DNA from: Nymphaea colorata
Lineage: Eukaryota
NCBI RefSeq assembly: GCF_008831285.2
Contig: NC_045138.2
Span: 17,980,001 to 18,044,000 of the forward strand
DNA length: 64,000 nt
Direction: 5' to 3'
Below are positions 12,401-26,515 of the stretch, one piece after another (positions within the stretch are counted from its first letter, which is position 1; each line of letters starts with the position of its first letter). The notes beneath the pieces are model-generated. The model saw only the letters and a program-made list of their open reading frames with translations, made no database searches and was not told the origin of the DNA. Both the position numbers and the translations under genes were made by a program.

Positions 12401-15400
12401 AATGTAGAGTTGTTGAGCATTAAACAATCAGAACATTTCGAGGCGTTGACGAATATGGTGCGTGGATGGCCCCTTCCAGCCCTCATTGGCGTGTTCCTAG
12501 CAGGATTGAAGGATGAAATACACATCGAAGTTCAAGTGATGAAGCCACAAACATTAATGGACTGCTTCGAATTGGCCTGCACGGTGGAGGAGAAAAACGA
12601 ACGGCTATACACGTTCAATCGGGGCACTTTTAGCAGGACGTGGCAGGATGTGAGAACCAGCCCGCGCGAGACTTTCCATAAGGCGTGGCCGGATGCGAGG
12701 ACCAGCCCGCGAGAGAAGCCGAAATCTAATGTTTTTCCACCTGCCCCAGGAAAAAATCAGAAGGGAAACGCGCCGCGCCAAGTTGTGAGACATTTGACGC
12801 CCGAGCAAATCAAGGATTAGAGACGGTTGAACCAATGTTTTCACTGTGATCAGCCGTACGTTCCAGGGCATAACTGCAGACACCTCCTACATATGTACCA
12901 CGTTGAGGAGAGCGACAAACCACTAGAGGCCGATGCGGATCCGCCCTTGCCCATGGAACCAGAGGCGATGGAAAACCAGACAATCCCCGAAATTTTGCTG
13001 CATGCATTGGCTGGAGATGAGGTTCTGCATCTCATGCATGTGGAAGGCAAGTTGCGAGGCCAACCAGTCAGTGTGCTGATCGACACGGGCTCGACTCACA
13101 ATTTCATTTGTGAGAAATCTGCCCGGGCCTTGGGCTGTCATATGGAGGTTCAACCTACCTTTGACGTGGTGGTCGGAGACGGGAGTACCTTGAGGTGCAG
13201 GGATAAGTGCCAGATGGAAAGGTTAGAGATCCAAAGATTTCATCCCTATACAGTTATATATTTTAGCCATGGCGGGAGCCGACCTGGTCTTAGGCATCCA
13301 TTGGTTGCGCGAACTGGGAGAAGTGGTATGAGATTTCGTGGGCATGAAAATGCAGTTTAGGGGACCCTACATTGTTAACTTACACGTTCATGTGGTCTCT
13401 CAAACACATCCAGGAATGCTGAAGCTGTAAACCAGTTTACTTATCTACATTGCATCCATTGAAGCAGTAATAGGATGTTAATTGATCTTTATTATGATGG
13501 AACAATTGCTGCATTCGAGTCAGTTGCTGGTTGAAAACATTTGAAAACTGCTATCTCCTGTATTTCGTAGTTCAGTGAACTAAGTCATTGAACTCTTAAG
13601 CTAGCAGCATTGCTTTCTAACGAATGACTGCTTATTGAATTGAGAAATAATTTGCTTATATTGTTGCTGGATATTTGCTGGTTTTCAGAACACGTGCTAT
13701 TTAAGCAATTTTTTTGTGTATAATTTTTTGTTTACTCTATGTGAGATACATTACTGTTCGCCCTTTTCCCTTTTGTGCAGATTCCCAATATTTTGAATTG
13801 ATGGGTGATTTTTCCTTGCCAACAATTTGAGATGGAAGATTGAGATCTATGCTTTGTTCAGTTATATTTTGTTGAACTTTCCATTTAATTGCTTCCTTTC
13901 TTATATTTTGTTAGGGAGCGTTTGTTGATTGACCCCCAAGAGCATCCGATGCTACTTGCAGAACCTTCTTCTAATACACAGCAACAGAGGGAGAGGTATC
14001 CAACTTTGTTGAATCAATTAGCTGATGAGTTGATCATTATGTATTTGCATAGCTGTAGTGTTTAACAGGACATTTTTTTTAATGTAGAAAAATTCATTGA
14101 AATAAAACCTAATCTGTTTTTTTTTTAAATAATATGTTACTAAAATTAATCTTGCACATTATATCTTATTTTCCCTATTGTTGGGAAATTGACCACTTCT
14201 GTGAAAGGAGAGGGGAGGGACATGTTTCCTGTGGAGGGAAACTTATTTGACTCTATGGGGAAGATGTTACTTAACAGGGTCCTCAGTTAATTAGTATGAG
14301 TCCCGAACATTTCTAAGGCGTGCTCTGATAGCCTTCAATCTTTTGCAATTACATGTCCCCCAGGTTTAGACCATGATTGCATATCCGCTTTTATCTTTTT
14401 AACATGCTTTAGTTTTTCCTTTTAAGGCTCCAAAGACATTGCACATCAAATGCATCAATTGCCAGTCATGCTTGAGCTCATCCATGATAAATCTATATCC
14501 ATGTCAGGGAGATTCCAAATTTGACTAATCTGCCAAGCAGGCTTTCTTATTTGTTCTGTAAGTAGGATATTTGTCTTTATCTGGTGAACAAGGCCAGTCA
14601 TAAATTTGATAGCTTTGGCAATGAGCTCATTTTGGTGAAGTCGGTGTGTCTGAAAACAAGGCCTCCATGTAGCCATGTCTTTGATTGTCAGTTTGATTCC
14701 TTTTCAGACTGCAATATTGCTTTATATCTTATTGAATTCATTTATGATCTTCCAGGGAAGTGGTCATTCGGCTATAATGCTTTTCTAAATCTGCATAACA
14801 TATTGATGCTTGATTGTGCTGCCTTTGGTAACAAGAGACTTAGGAATACTTTTTCATCTGTTTCTGTTGACTTTTTGTACTACTGACTCTTGTCCAATTT
14901 TTTGTGGGGAAATTTTTGTGATTCCCATTGTATATAATTTATGCTGAATTGTGTTATTTCAGGACCGCAGAACTTATGTTTGAGAAATACAAGGTTCCGG
15001 CTTTGTTCCTTGCGAAAAATGCTGTATGCCCAAATTCCTCTTCTAAAAACAAGTTTTGGAGTTGCAATTTCTTCCAATAAGAAGTGTTTCTGTTGCTTTG
15101 TTTGTTAAGAAGTAAGAAGATAAAATGGTCATGGTTGGTCTGTCATGCTTGGTTCTTATTTCATTTTAACTTTCTATCTTTAGGTTCTTACATCCTTTGC
15201 TTCTGGACGTGCTACTGCTTTGGTTGTTGATAGGTAAGTTTTTCATGTTCTTTTCACTGCAATTCCTTGGTATATTTTTTATTGTCCACGGTACTTGATG
15301 GCCACAGGTTTAGCTAATCCATGGTACTTGATGGCCACAGGTTTAGCTAACGTATGATCACTTGTGAACAAAATATCTTTGAGTTAAGATGTTGTCAAAT

Positions 15401-18400
15401 TCATGTCATTTCTATCTGGTTTCTTTCTCCTATTTCACAATGTTCAGCTTCATATAGACATTTTACTTGTTTTGCTAGAACTTTGGTGTCCGTAAGAAGC
15501 ATATATCTTTTTTCTCCTTGTATATTTGTAAATTGCATGTTAGATGATGATGTGATATCCAATTATGAGGTTGAACTTTGTTATATAATGTGATGTTGCT
15601 TGTCGTTCTTAGATTATAAGTAGACCCCTTGGGCAGCTGCATAATGGGATACAGTTTCATGAAAGTGACAATGTCCAAAATTGCTTACAATTGCTGTTTT
15701 CCTTTGCTTGCAAACAGTGGTGGTGGTTCTACGACAGTGTCCCCTGTGAGCGATGGTTACGTTCTTCAAAAGGTATGAAGAAAATAAAAACGTTGCAGTT
15801 GACTATACTTTGCTATGGTTAGGCATCTTTAACTTCCCAAGCTCCTTGTGTTAAATTGAGTTGATGTTCTTTTAGCCAATGAAGTCTGTGTCTGTGAATC
15901 AGCTTTACTTGGCTGATTTCTAGCAAATTCGACCAACATGCTTCATTCTGGAAGTGGTCAACCCTACCCTTAAATTAATTGACGAAAGAAGGGTTATCCT
16001 AGAGTCCTAGACTAAAGATGATACTTAAAAATGTCCAAGCCTTATCCTTTTCAGGGTCCATAGAAGGTTGAAGTGCATGTCGTTGGATGTTTAAGATTCA
16101 TAACTTGCACAGTAAGTGTCATCATTCATCAATGACCTGAAGATGCAAGGCATGAACTCTTACCTTATGCACTTTTCTTTTTGTTTGGAGGAAGACAACT
16201 AACTGTCTTTCGTGGCTTTTTTTTAACCCTATTAGCTCAGTAGTTGCCACCAATGGTCTGAAGAAGCAACACATTATCACATACACTGTTTCCTTATGCA
16301 CTTTTCTTTTTGTTTAGAACAAGGCAACTAATTGTCTTTCTTGGTTATGTTTTGACCTTACCTTTAAGAGCATCAATTCATCACAATGCTGGTGCTAGTT
16401 GTTGGAGTTCTGTCTTGATGAGGTCACATTTTGACAGCTTAATATTAGTAACGGCCCAAAGAAAATCTATGATTAGGCAATTTATGGTCACATGAATTTT
16501 CATCAAAGCAAGACATGGATTTGCTAGTTAAGTTGTTTTTCTTAATGGCATACTTCTGTGGATGTGGCAGCTTTGCATCTCAACCCTTCTGACGACAGTT
16601 GTAGGGTTTGTGGTTGTTTCACTGTTGAATATATCTTTTTTTTTTAAAAATTTTGTAGGCAGTAGTTTCATCTCCAATAGGAGGAGAGATTCTAACTGAA
16701 TGTATGATGAAGAGTTTGGAAAGCAAAGGAATCACTGTAAGCTGGATTGGTCAATCTTTCATGGTTGTTGATCTGATTTTCTACTCTGGATGACATACCA
16801 AAATACTTGTTTTGGCAGATAAGACCTAGATATTCTTTCAAGAGAAAGGAAGTGCGGCCAGGAGAATTTCAGGTTGCCCCTGCCTTCTGGTTCTTTACCG
16901 TCCGTACATGTTCAGGAACCTCTTTGTTTGTGTGTGCTGGAAAAAGTAACGATCAATAGACAGTATGTCTCTCTTAAGCATTGTCATATAAAATGTTCTC
17001 AAATATCTGTTGGCAAGATTTTTGTCAATTTTTTTGGAAAATTTTGGAATTTAAAAAGAAAAAGGAGAAAAGAATAATAAAAACTATGAGATTTTGAGTT
17101 TTAAGGATTCAGAATGATTTTAGGATGATATTAGAGGATATCAATAATACTCCCCTGATCAAAGTTTTTTTCTTCTTTTCTAGCTGTAATATTGTGATAT
17201 TTTCAAAATTTTCCCAATGTTTGTGATAATGCTTTTGAAAAATAACTTTGAGATGCTCTTGTTTCTATATCAACTCTCATTGTATTATACGAGTTTTGAA
17301 ATGCTTCAAACAATTGTGATATCTGGTCATGGTTTCCTCGGAGCTCTTATGTTTATAAAACAAATGTTGCTGAAATGTGAGGCCGTCTACCTTGTCGTGA
17401 TTGTGAATCACAAGCTATTTCTATTATTATGGTAGTCAGGGAACCTAGTGCTGAATGTCTTTTTACCTTTTGTAGCATGTCTTGACTTGGTCTGGCTTGG
17501 CTGTTAAGTCACATAGGTGCACCAAAAACGACGACACACCTGAGTCGATGCAGGTGCTGGTGCACTCTGACATGGTCCGACCGCACCCACTCTTTTTTCT
17601 CTTATTCTTTTTTTTTTTCCTTCTTCCATCTTTTTTTTCTCTCTTTCTCTCTCTCTCACACACACACAGTCGCTTTTTTAAGGAAGAGAGGTTTTTTCAA
17701 AGGATCAGAAACTTGAAGTCCTTCTTAAAGGACATCAAGTTATATTGGCCTATATTTTAAAATTTTTAATGAATGTTACAAGCCTGGTCATCCTTTTTAA
17801 AGGACATCAATTAAGCCTGTCGAGTATCTTCCTTCATGGAGGACGACTAGGCCTCTCAGAGATTAAGTGAACCCTGATAAAAGAAAAGAATTAAAAATAT
17901 AGGCGAATAAAATTACTTATATATATTATATATATATAGTCCTCGAGAGTCGAGACACCTGCACCTAAATTTTTTTGGAACTTGCCACATCGTGCATCCG
18001 CACTGGCACCCATGTACATAGCTTGGCCGATACTCTTCACTTTTAACATTTTCATCTCTATGCTTGCTTTACCTTTTTCTTCTTTCCAATGCACTGCTTG
18101 TTTATACCTTGAACAAATTTGAGTAAGGTTGGTCCATATTCTTTGTCTTACTTTTTAATGATTTATCATTTTGCCTATTGCTCTAATAGTTAACAGTTTT
18201 CTAACTGATGAATTTTCTGTTGGGCCATCTTAAGTTTGTGTATGCTGTGCTGATGGTTCTTTTGGAGTTAGTTTATGTTCATGATGGATGAGATTAAGTA
18301 CTCATATGTCTTGTCAATTAACTGCCAGCGTTATTCCATTTAATTTTTAATAGGGGTTTGTGGCATTATGTGTCATGAAAGACACTCGTGAAGGAAAACA

Positions 18401-21400
18401 AAATTTTCAGTTTCTGAGATTATAGATGTAATTTAATCTCCTTGTTATACTTGTTGCTGATGTCCATGCTGTTCTTCTTTGTTGACTTAGCATATTGAAA
18501 CTACTGGTACCATGTGATGTTTGGGTTTTTCTCCTTTCACCTAAGTTTTATTTTTGTTCCTTTTTTCCTTATTTGTCCCTTTTACCTTTGACAGACTATA
18601 GACCTTGATGTTCCCAACACAACAGAAAGTTACAAGCTATACTGCCAGGTACTTAGCTCTTGGTTTTGTTTTTCTCTTGGGGCAAATTTCCATATATCTA
18701 CTTCACTAAATTCTTTTGTGTGCATGTTGCAGAGGGTAATCGCAAGTGATATAAAAGAATGTGTATGTCGGGCACCGGATTCTGCTTATGATGGTGCATC
18801 TCAGTTCCATAATCTCATTGTTCTGTAATGTTTGTTTTCCATCTGATCATTTATATTTAGGATTAGCTAGTAGTGGTACGGCTACTCATTAGGTTTTCTG
18901 CTGGTAAAAACAGATTACACTTAGAAAAAATTAATAATGATATCCTTTCAAAATTAACACATCTATAGCTTGTTCCCCTGCAGTTTTTCTTGGAAAATAA
19001 ATATCAATGCTTATGGCCCTTTATCTTCAAGGTCTGACACAAGCCCAAGATTAATGTTGATTAGTCACTTTGTCTCAGCCTAAGTTTGTAAAAAGTATCA
19101 AAACACAACATTTAACGTGGCAAAAGTAATAAAACACATAATAATAAAAAAATATCATTATGGGTCAAATAAGCTACAAAATTCACCAACTATATGCATA
19201 TCATTAACAAAAAATTATTGTTCTTCTAGATATGTATACACACACACACCCATCAGTCCCCTTACTACCCTTATTTGCTGTGCCAAAATTTAGTAGCAGG
19301 TTGTTCTTTTCTTGGTTGTGTTCCTGTTTGCCTTTCACACGAATCAGTTGTTCTCACCTTTTACCCATTACTGAAAGGAGATAACTGGCCGGTTTTCCTA
19401 GAAAATGTACTTGTGAATGGTTGCTGTTGCATGTTTCTGAGGAAAGCAGATAGATTATTTAAGCTGAGAGACCATCCAGATGGTAGATGGATTTACTTTA
19501 GCCTCCTCCCTAACAAAATTTCCATATGCTAAAAAGGCGCGAAAAACAAACTTGAGATATTCTGCACCACGAGTCTACCATCATTTTCTTTGTGTCACCT
19601 ACCATCATTTTCTCTGTGTGAGCCATCATGAAATAATATTATGCATCCTATTGGGGAAGGAGCACAAACGAAGTGGTTCACGAGCATAAGGGCGCCAAAG
19701 AGTTGTACAGCAGAAATTAAGGAAAATGTTAAATGCCGAAACAAAATATGAAGCTTGGGTGACTACAACGTGCGACTGAAATATTTAAAGAAATATTAAT
19801 GCCAAAGGAATATAACGAAGATTCAGATGCAGTCTGCAAGTTGAAATGCTTTCCTGAAACTATTAGTTCCATCCAAACTCTAAAGGCTATCCTAACATTA
19901 TCTTACTATGTTCATAAATGCTAATAAATCCATAAAATTGTGACTTGGATGAAGGTAAAATTTAGTAGCATTTGAGTTTTGTCAATATGACAAAACCGAT
20001 AGCTACAGGTCATCAAGTGCGAGCATTTTTTTTTTTGGTAGTAATGATAAGTAGCCATTTTGTTTAAATACAGTTCATAAAATGTAAAAATGGATCATAT
20101 AGAATTTTAAAATGGATCATATAGCATTTTTTTTTCTAGAAAAACTAGTTGATTAGGTATATGATGGGTTGGTGACTGGAGTATCACAATGGTTTCTGCT
20201 AGACCTTTTTCTCTGGCTTTGTTAGAGCAAGTTTGTTTCCTTGGAAGTCATCTTGGCTTTATCTACGCTTTTCATCTATGGAAGGTTACAGGGTTTCTTT
20301 CATCGTTTGTCAAGGTTTATTACATCTAGAAGATATGTGTCAGTTTGTTAATTCTTTAATAATTTCATAAGGGGTATTGTTTAGTTGTAATGTGTTTATC
20401 ACACCTTATCACACTCTATGTGGGTGAGATGAATGTTTGTTTGACTTCTATAGAGTTTAATGTTGCTTCCCTATGGTAAATTGCTGTTGGAGGAAGCTTT
20501 TTCTTCCTGAGGATTTCCTAACCTTTTGTGCTCTGGGCTCTGCAGAAAGTGCATATGCTAACATTCCAATGACGCCATATGAGCTACCTGACGGACAGTA
20601 GGTTCTTTCTACTCATTTTAATTAATTAATTAATCTTGACTGAATATTAAAATATTCCGTGTTGGCTGTCCATGGTGCATCATTTAGAAGACAGTGTAAT
20701 TGCTAAGTTAATAATACAGGACTATTGAAGTTGGTGCTGACAGATTCAAGATTCCAGATATTCTGTTTAATCCGTCTCTAATCCAGGTATATGTGGACTC
20801 CCATGGTGCTTGCTATTTTGAACATATCTCTGTAATTTATGCCTCTATGTCTATATCAGATACTGCGAATCTGTGTATGTTTGGTAGATGAAATGGATCA
20901 CGTCTTGACAAGTTGTTTTGGCTTCTGGTACATTTATGTACTTGTAGATGTTTGTGTTTCACATTGAAACACATGGTGCATATAGTTTCTCAACTAATAT
21001 TGTTATGGAACTTGCTGTAGAATGGTAGGTATTCCTTTTAAGTTGTTACATAATGTAAACATTCCATGTGTTCTGACTTAGTTGTTCTCATTTATCAGAA
21101 CAGGTTCGAAAGTGTATGTAAAAATCATGGGAAAAACTGAGTTTATTATTTTCATTAGTGCCATCTTCTCGTTCTTCTTATAATGTTGAAATGCCTGTGA
21201 GACCATATAAGCAAGGTATTGAGGGCTTGTTGGCTGTAAGAAATCTCCATCTTCCCTTTTTTCCAACGACTAATTTTTTGGTGCTTGAACCTGAGTTGAG
21301 GTGGTTTCTTTCTTTTTGCTTCTTTGTAATCCATGTGATAGTCGTACAGTCACATGGGTATGTGTGTTCTGCCCAAGTACCCGTGTTGGTACATGGGTAC

Positions 21401-24400
21401 GATTGTATCTTAAAACTTAAACTTTTATATTTTCAAACCTATTTTTTGCTTTAATTTTGATTTTTCTTTTTTTTTGTTTCCCTTCCACCTAAATTCTATA
21501 TTGTCCTCTCACTTTTCTTTAATTTTGAGAATTTTTATGTATATAATGTATATATTTACATGTACACTGCTGATTTTCTAAAATGTTTGTATGCACCTCG
21601 CCGTACCCATGTGACTTACTCGTACTTTTTGTTAATGTGATAAGACATTTAGTTAAAGAGTACTCTAAAATATTGTGGTTCTACTTCTGCTAATCCATGA
21701 CAGTTTCTCCTGTTTGACATCCCCATCATCTTTTCCTTTCTCTTTTTTCATGATTAAATTTTTGGTGCTTGTGCCAGAGATGGGTTCTTTCTTTTTTGCT
21801 TATTTGTTATCTGTGTGATATCTGTACTTTTTGTTAATGTAATAAGACATTAGTTAAACAGGAATGCTCTAAAATATTTTGGTTGTATTTCTGCTAGTCC
21901 ATTATAGTTTTTCCTTCTTGTTATCATTAATCCTTTGCATGTAGACGATACCTGGGATGGAGAGCCTTGCAGATTCCTTACCTTCTATACGTGGCCTTCC
22001 TCAAATGGTCAAGCTGTTTCCTTATTTTTTAATTATTATTATTATTTTTTGTATCAACATTTTAACTTCTGTCTTCTTTGTTCTTTTCTTGTTTCCCAGG
22101 TTATTGAGAGCATTAATAAGTGCGACGTGGACATACGGAGGGATTTGTTTAGTACTGTGTTGGTAATATTAGGTTCCCCTTTGAAGCACTTATTTATTGA
22201 TTTTTTTTGTTTTGTTGGTTTTACTGGGGCATCTACACCCTTTTTTAATATCTTATTATGATTATATAATTTCATGTTGTTAAGAATGAGGCTCATAAAA
22301 AGCCTTCCAAGGTGAAATCTCTAGCAGCTGCAGTATGTTAAATAGTGATCTTTCTATGTTCCAGCTGAATGTGTATAAATGCAGTTATCCAACATGTCAT
22401 TATTGTTATTGTTACTATATATTACTATTACTCTCTCTTTCGCTCTCTCTCATAAGACACATACAAATGTGTTTGCAAAAGTATATAAATATTAAAGTGA
22501 AGATATCACTTTATTATGTGCTTATTTATATGTTATTTTTATTGTGAGTGGAGAAGCTTAACAAGGTATGAATGAAGGTCACACATTTCTCCCTTTTTGT
22601 CCTCATGCAGCTGTCTGGTGGTACTGCTTCAATCCAACAATTGAAGGAACGACTTGAAAAGGACGTGGGTGAGGTTGGTACCTCTTGTGGTTATAATAAG
22701 TCTTGTAGACATGTTTATCAGGCAGAATTAGGGTTTTAATTGCAGGTCATGATGGAGGTGCTTTCATTTGAGAATATTGTTACTGATTAATCAGTGCCAA
22801 AATTATTGTGGTTTATTGTGTAGTCCCTGAGGTTCCCTTTTCCATCTATTGTAGAACTTCAAAAAACTCAAAAAACAAATTCTATGTTTGCTTTAGTTAA
22901 TTATGCAAACACACTTTCACTCTTTTCAGGAGGCTCCTCAGGCTGCACGTGTTAAGGTGTTGGCAAGTGGCAATGCAACAGAAAGACGGTTCAGGTGCGA
23001 ATTTGACTGCAACTTTTTTGTAATAGTTATTCAGTTGCACTACTTGTGCCGTTTTTTGGGTTATGCCACCTGCATGCTGCCTGGATCCTGATATTGTGAG
23101 AGGGAAATTTTTCCAAGCAGACTTTTTATGTGAGACACTATTTTTATTGTTAAGAAGTGCTTCGTAAACAACATAAAACAGCTATTATGAAATTTACAAT
23201 ACATAGAAAGGTATGGATAGGTTTTATCAGCTGTCATTGTTCAGAAACTGAGCATGTTCTCTTTGGTTTGGTGTTGGAATGAAATGTATATTTCAGACTC
23301 TCAGAGCTTGCAAAGCTGTGTTAAAGTATGCCTACCTGATAATCACACATTAGGGTCCAAAAACGATGTTTAAGGCATGTTTCGCTGATCGTTGAAACTG
23401 AGTTTATGAAAAGCCCAGTTACGAAAAAATGACCTTTTCAAAAGGGCATCAATAACCTCCTCCAACTTTCCAAGCTTTTCACTGAAAACATTGTTTTGGT
23501 TTTGTCACCAATTATACAGACCGAGTTTTAAGAAACTGGTTAAAAAACCGGCTTTCCATAAAACCTGATTTTCACAAACCGATGTTTTTTTACTTTGTCA
23601 TTGAATCATAGCCCACGTGTTTTTTTTTCCTTGTAAGATACGAAATCATCATGTGATATAGCTGACAGTTGAAGATACCTTTTCAAGGGCAAAGAGAAGA
23701 GATCTATGTAACGAGCACATGAAAAATGCTGGTTAACCATATTGGTATGTCAGTTTTTAAGAGACGGGTATGCCAGACAACTTGGGTACATTTTGGATTG
23801 GACTTGGGCCAGACCCAATTCTATCTAAATTTTTAAGTGAGGCATCAATCTTTCACTTTATTTTGTTGCTATTTGTAACTTTAATTTAATGGGACTATGT
23901 GTATGAATTGTTGAATACAAACTGTTACTTGGTGCATTATGCATGAAGTTGTGAGTTCTTTTGCTTCAATTTTGTAGATTATGCATGAATTTTTGTTTTA
24001 CACACACACACACACACATATGTTTGCTTGTTTACGTATACCCTGTCATACTCCTGTACTCACATTTTTTAAGATTGATATATCCAAACCCATACCAGGA
24101 TACCTGCACTCACAACATTGTGAAGTAGCATTAATATGAAGCATGTTTAAGTTAAGTGAGACTTTCGATCTGATATAGAAGTAATGATTTCTAACTTACT
24201 GCTATTGAATGGTAGTTTTAGCTTTTCAAATAATCATCTTTAGATGCCAGGACTGGCCTATACTCTTAATTTTCAATATAATATGCTTCTCCAGCAGAGC
24301 AGGTGTCCCTTTTGGTCTGAACATGATACGGACTTGGGAATGAGAATTTTTTTTGTTTTGTTTTCCATGTAGACCTTTAAGTGGCTTGTAAATGTTCTGG

Positions 24401-25816
24401 TCTAGGGGATTCAGACGGATTGGGAGATGCACATATCTTTTTATGCAGTACCTGCTTGTTTTTGCTATCTGATATTGTTGAGGTGCCTTTTTCTTGTTTT
24501 TTTTGTTTGCATGGTGCTTGAATGGCATGGCTCTTCATGGACACTGTTCTCTTATTATCCTTGTTTGTTGGTTTTTTGTCTTTTAGCTGTTTAATTGTTT
24601 TTCCCCAATTTGATTGGTAGGGGAGTAAAAAAAGAAACCTATCTAATACCGTGCGATTTGTTGGTTTATTGAACACCTATACTATGAACTTGTGAATCAG
24701 TCTTAAGATTTATCATTGTCTAGCAACTAGGATATGTCACTAGAGATGCTTATTTTCTCCGACTGAAATCTTATCATGCGTTGCCTTCGTTCCTATTTCA
24801 ATAACAACAATACAACACTTATTTAATGAGTGACAGTGTCTGGATTGGCGGGAGCATTTTGGCCTCACTTGGTTCATTCCAGCAAATGTGGTTCTCAAAG
24901 GCTGAGTAAGTTGAACTTCACATAGTTTCTTATGGTTTTTCTATCTGTTTTGTCACTAAAATAACTAATTATGTTCTACTGGGCCATTTGTTTTGGACAA
25001 CTGGATGGCTTCATATGCTAAGTTTGAGTTCCACAAAGTGCTTCTGCATATTGGGTTCTAGATTGTCTAACCTGATCTAAAATTATCTAGATTGTCATTG
25101 CTGTGTATTGGGGACCTCGATGGTTCTGATCCTAGATACAGATTTTGCCGTGTTCTGAATCCAATCCTGATCCAAGTTCTCACGAATTGAGCTGTCCAGA
25201 ATTAACTCATTATGCATCCTAGTGCAAAAGCCATAAACCATGAAATATTTTGACAGATTTACGTTGGTTAATGTACATCCTTCTGCTGCCTTGTTCATGG
25301 TTCATATTTTTTTCCCACAAGGAGCAAGTAATGCCTCTGAGCACCGTAGCTTTTGAAGCTTGTAATTTTTACTTGAACATGCATTAACTGTTCGGGTTGT
25401 CTGGCTTAACGAGTTCAGCCCTTGTTTGGATGATTAGATCTCAGTTCAGCAAAAATTGATTTTTTAGGACATATCCCAACTTCGTGGTGGCCAAAAAATT
25501 CAACAAACTAATGAAATATTAGACCTACTGGCAACGGTTAAATGCTGCTTGAAAACATTCTGCTGTCTAGACTGGCTCTTTTATGTAGGTAGGGTGGTGG
25601 ACGAGTGAAGGTGGAGGGGGATTTGAAATTTGAAGTGTTGAGGGAGAGGCAGATATTGAACATGCACCTATTTACAAGATAGTCTTGATCTGTCTAGCAG
25701 ACCGGCCAAGCCATCTATCATAGTCTAGCTGTTTTAGCATGTTATTGCTCATAATGCTGATGCTTTGCAGGTACGAGGAACATGGAACTGCATATATTCA
25801 GAGAAAATGTCCATGA
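6441..25816 (+). CDS. ARP4: Actin-related protein 4 (nuclear ARP of SWI/SNF, INO80, SWR1 and NuA4 complexes), 20 coding exons, ~445 aa
   Basis: Exons 6441-6453, 7635-7726, 8668-8844, 8924-8997, 13915-13995, 14963-15023, 15184-15233, 15718-15772, 16659-16736, 16819-16872, 18595-18648, 18733-18793, 20546-20597, 20720-20786, 21945-22007, 22100-22162, 22611-22673, 22930-22994, 24837-24905, 25771-25816. All introns are GT-AG and the total is 1338 nt in frame. The [35 protein letters not shown] start and [36 protein letters not shown] end are ARP4-typical. Confidence 0.95.
9112..11100 (-). mobile_element. Degenerate Ty1/copia LTR retrotransposon remnant (RT-RNaseH plus 3' LTR) in ARP4 intron 4
   Basis: Frameshifted RT pieces ([45 protein letters not shown]) and RNaseH ([18 protein letters not shown]). 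Polypurine tract TTGAGGGGGAG at ~9343-9353. LTR 9112-9342 has TGTTGAC..GTCAACG termini. The 5' boundary is approximate. Confidence 0.88.
11576..13365 (+). mobile_element. 3'-truncated Ty3/gypsy LTR retrotransposon (5' LTR, PBS, gag-protease) in ARP4 intron 4
   Basis: LTR 11576-11841 bounded by TGTTAG..CTAACA. tRNA-Met-type PBS (AGGTATCAGAG, 11842-11852). Gag ([20 protein letters not shown]) and aspartic protease ([10 protein letters not shown]) carry stops and frameshifts. No RT or integrase is visible. Confidence 0.88.
15285..15350. repeat. 33-bp tandem duplication in ARP4 intron 7
   Basis: TCCA(C/T)GGTACTTGATGGCCACAGGTTTAGCTAA x2. Confidence 0.9.
17504..18021. mobile_element. hAT-like MITE in ARP4 intron 10
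   Basis: Imperfect TIRs TTAAGTCACATAGGTGC / GCACCCATGTACATAG; 8-bp TSD CTTGGCTG / CTTGGCCG. Confidence 0.7.
21348..21616. mobile_element. MITE in ARP4 intron 14, TIR related to the 17504 element
   Basis: TIRs AGTCACATGGGTA / TACCCATGTGACT; flanking direct repeat TAGTCGTAC / TACTCGTAC. Confidence 0.65.
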
Positions 25817-26117
25817 GAAACATCTTTATATATTCAGTTAAACTAAGCACCTTCATCCTTGTTTATGGGAGTGAGGAAGCAAATGATCGTGTACCATTAT
25901 GAAGCTAGGGCATTATCGCAGCACATCAATGGAGATGTTGTGAACAAAAATTCAGAGAAAATGTCCATGAGAAACATCTTTATGTATTCAGTTAAACCAA
26001 GCACCTTCATCCTTGTTTATGGGAGTGAGGAAGCAAATGTTCGTGTACCATTATGAAGCTAGGGCATTATTGCAGCATTGCAGCACATCAATGGAGATGT
26101 TATGAACAAAAATTCAG
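25796..26117. repeat. ~154-bp tandem duplication spanning ARP4 stop codon and 3' UTR
   Basis: Units start at 25796 and 25950 and are bounded by ATTCAG; only one unit is present at 52833-52992. Confidence 0.9.
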
Positions 26118-26378
26118 TTGCGAACTCAGGCTGCACCAATGTTCGCTTTTATTTATTCCAGTTTTAAATTATGGAGCACATAGTGGAAACTTCAATTCAC
26201 AGAATTGCTTTCACCATACTTACACATTCTATCTGGCACCATGGGGTTGTTTGGCAATGAAAACAATAACAAACCGTTCCATCTGGCATTCTTAAAAATT
26301 GAGAAAAATTCATGGAACACTTTTTTGAGACAGTTTTATGGATCATTTTGTTACAATGTTCATTGAATCTGTCCTTTA

Positions 26379-26515
26379 GGAGTTGTTTGGCATTAGAAAC
26401 AATGTGTAAGTGTCTCATCAATCACCCCCAACTTGAACAAGTGCCCCGTTAATAATACTCCAAATTTGAGGTAGATTCTTAAAGCGCTCACACCTTCCTA
26501 ATGCTAAATGCCCCC
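26379..26515. mobile_element. Tourist/PIF-like MITE (copy A of duplication)
   Basis: TIRs GGAGTTGTTTGGCATTAG / CTAATGCTAAATGCCCCC; flanks TTA / TGA. Confidence 0.6.
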
